DNA from: Torpedo marmorata
Taxonomy: Eukaryota
Assembly (NCBI GenBank): GCA_977017645.1
Contig: OZ360236.1
Coordinates: forward strand, 25,358,001 to 25,422,000
Length of the DNA: 64,000 bases
Reading direction: 5' to 3'
Both the position numbers and the translations under genes were made by a program. Below, piece by piece: positions 62,179 through 64,000 of this stretch. The notes beneath the pieces are model-generated. The model ran no database searches, was not told the origin of the DNA, and saw nothing but the letters and a program-made list of their open reading frames with translations. Position 1 is the first letter of the stretch. Each line of letters opens with the position of its first letter.

Positions 62179-62253
62179 AATATTGTAAATACCTGTAATG
62201 ATTGTATTGTGGCCACTTCACCCCGCTGGACTCTTTTAAAAAGGAGGGGTGAA

Positions 62254-62497
62254 TGTGGTAAACCACTGTTTGTATATATCATGTACTGCTGTTTGTCCCG
62301 GCGACTCCTCTCCCCTCCTTTGGGTGTCCAGGTAATCCCTCCCCCTTTCTCACCCGAATAAAGGCCTGTGTGCCACTGCTCCGCTCACAGTCCGGGATAG
62401 ATCTGCAGGTCCACTGTAGGTCTGCTTTATGTCTATTAAAGCCTATGGTTCGTTTACCCACTCATAGTCTCTTGAGTGCTAATTGATAGGTATATCA
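62254..62497 (+). repeat. 3' LTR (244 bp)
   Basis: TG...CA immediately after the PPT. Confidence 0.93.
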
Positions 62498-63202
62498 GTT
62501 TGTTGCAGGACGAGCAGGATGCAGCTCTTTTTTTTCAATTGTTTCACTGGCGGGATTTTCAGCTCCACCAGGACTCAATCTCAGTGGAGCAGCTGGGATT
62601 GTTGGCACTCGGTGTCATTGGTAAGTGTGAAAGCTCACTCCTGCTTCCGAAGATGTTGTCTGAGACAGCACGTGGCTGAAGGAAAGGTGAAGGCAAAGAG
62701 AGATTCATGATGTGCTCCAGAGTTACTGAAACTGGGCAGGAGATGTTGCTGTTTCTGATTAGGAAGGTAAGAAAAGTTGCATTTGATGTAGTCCACGACT
62801 CTGGTTAATAGGGAAGAAACCCTAAGCCCTTATATGCTGGTTATCTGTAAGTTCAAGTACGTTTATTGACACATTATACCTGGTGTGCTGAGAAGTGTTC
62901 TTCTGTGAACAGTGTAGCAAGTCAAATCTAACAGGCACACAACTGTGGTTGCATGAAGTCTTCTCCTTGGTGGGAGGAGGGAGAAAAGAGTGTATCTAGG
63001 GTGGGATGTGTCCTTCAGTTTGTTGGCTGCCTTTCCCAGGCAGCGGGAGGTGTAGATGAATTGATGCAGGGCAATGGTTAGCGTAGCAGTTAACGCAACG
63101 CTCTTACAGTTCCAGCAACCTGGGTTCGAATCTGGCACTGTCTGCAAGGAGTTCCAAGATGTTGGTTACAGTTTTGTGATCAGAGGCATTACTTTGAAAA
63201 CT

Positions 63203-63400
63203 AAAGTAAAACACGAAAATCTGTAGACACCGTGGTTGAAGTAAAAAACACAAATGCTGGAGAAACTCAGCAGGTCAAACAGTGTCTTTTATGCAGCAAA
63301 GGTAGAAATACATAACCGACGTTTCGGGCTTGAGCCTTTCAGCAAAGTATGAGAAAATGCCAGCAGGCTTCCGAACAAAAGAGTGAGGGAGGGAAGGGGG
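63203..63400 (-). mobile_element. Penelope terminal fragment
   Basis: Matches 24489-24523 + 25945-26100. Confidence 0.85.
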
Positions 63401-63417
63401 GGTTACTTTGAAAACTG

Positions 63418-63664
63418 TTAAATTAAATTTAAACATACAGTACGGTAACAGGCCCTTTCGGTGCACGAGCCCATGCCGCCCAATTATACCCAGTTAACCT
63501 ACAACCCCTGGTACGTTTTGAACAGTGGGAGGAAACCGGAGCACCTGGAGAAAACCCACGCAGACACAGGGAGAATGCACAAACTCCTTCCAGACTTGAA
63601 CCCCAGTCCCGATTGTTGGCGCTGTAACAGCGTTGTGCTAACCGCTACGCTAACTGTGCCGCCA
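63418..63664 (-). mobile_element. V-SINE
   Basis: Same family as 36873 and 52152. Confidence 0.88.
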
Positions 63665-63804
63665 CTTGCCGAAAACGTTGCAAGGCAAGAGCAGAAAATG
63701 TTGAAGGTTTGGAGAATTGCCTTGTAGGTCATTTATAATACAAGATCATGAGAACTGGTTTTCGATGCTCCACATAACTTATGCCTCTGGAAAATTCACA
63801 TCTA

Positions 63805-64000
63805 CCATATATACGAGTGTAATAGTCGAATTTTGTGGACCAATTTTTAGGGTAAAATTTAGGGGGTAAGTACCTGCGTAGTTCAGGGTGCAGGGAGTTC
63901 CAAAGGGCGGGCAGCCGGCTGGGAGGCAAGTCCACGTTTGTGGCGTCGGGAGCTCCGATGGGCGGGTAGCCGGGGCCAAAATTAGGGGGGGGGTCGACTT
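63805..64000. mobile_element. pogo/Tc2-like MITE, inverted relative to 10907, cut by the window edge
   Basis: TA|CCATATATACGAGTGTAATAGTCG; internal GGTAAGTACCTG and GGAGCTCCGAT are reverse complements of the 11.1-kb copy. Confidence 0.72.

Larger units (their letters stand above)
58168..62497 (+). mobile_element. Ty3/Gypsy LTR retrotransposon, near complete (5' LTR truncated), no env and no chromodomain seen
   Basis: gag-PR-RT-RH-IN order; PPT AAAAAGGAGGGGTGAA before the 3' LTR; the two LTR overlaps differ at one visible position. Confidence 0.96.

Overview
Eukaryotic (vertebrate) DNA, AT-rich and dominated by repeats, with one assembly gap (N 40366-40672). The repeat inventory (CR1 LINEs with partner V-SINEs, a SacSINE1/Deu-type SINE, Rex1/Babar, RTE, fish-type L1, Penelope) points to a cartilaginous fish; this is an inference. 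I could not identify any host protein-coding exon, so the window is probably intronic or intergenic. Every long ORF is transposon-derived. Many insertions are nested, and their boundaries can be fixed by target-site duplications (TSDs): CR1 in a solo LTR, hAT in CR1, L1 in Penelope, L1 in L1. Best leads: (i) a near-complete Gypsy element with no tRNA primer-binding site (PBS), whose PBS position instead pairs over 14 nt with its own LTR and covers the ATTAAA signal; (ii) a 1.5-kb TSD-bounded hAT element carrying non-transposase cargo; (iii) an L1 with a 5' inversion and a 2-kb inter-ORF array of YY1/NRF1-like motifs, hosting a doubly deleted 2-kb L1 derivative; (iv) minimal hammerhead-like motifs in the Penelope ends; (v) a three-clade LINE chimera; (vi) a decayed Harbinger transposase. 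Family names come from motif recognition, not database searches. Edges of degenerate copies are approximate.
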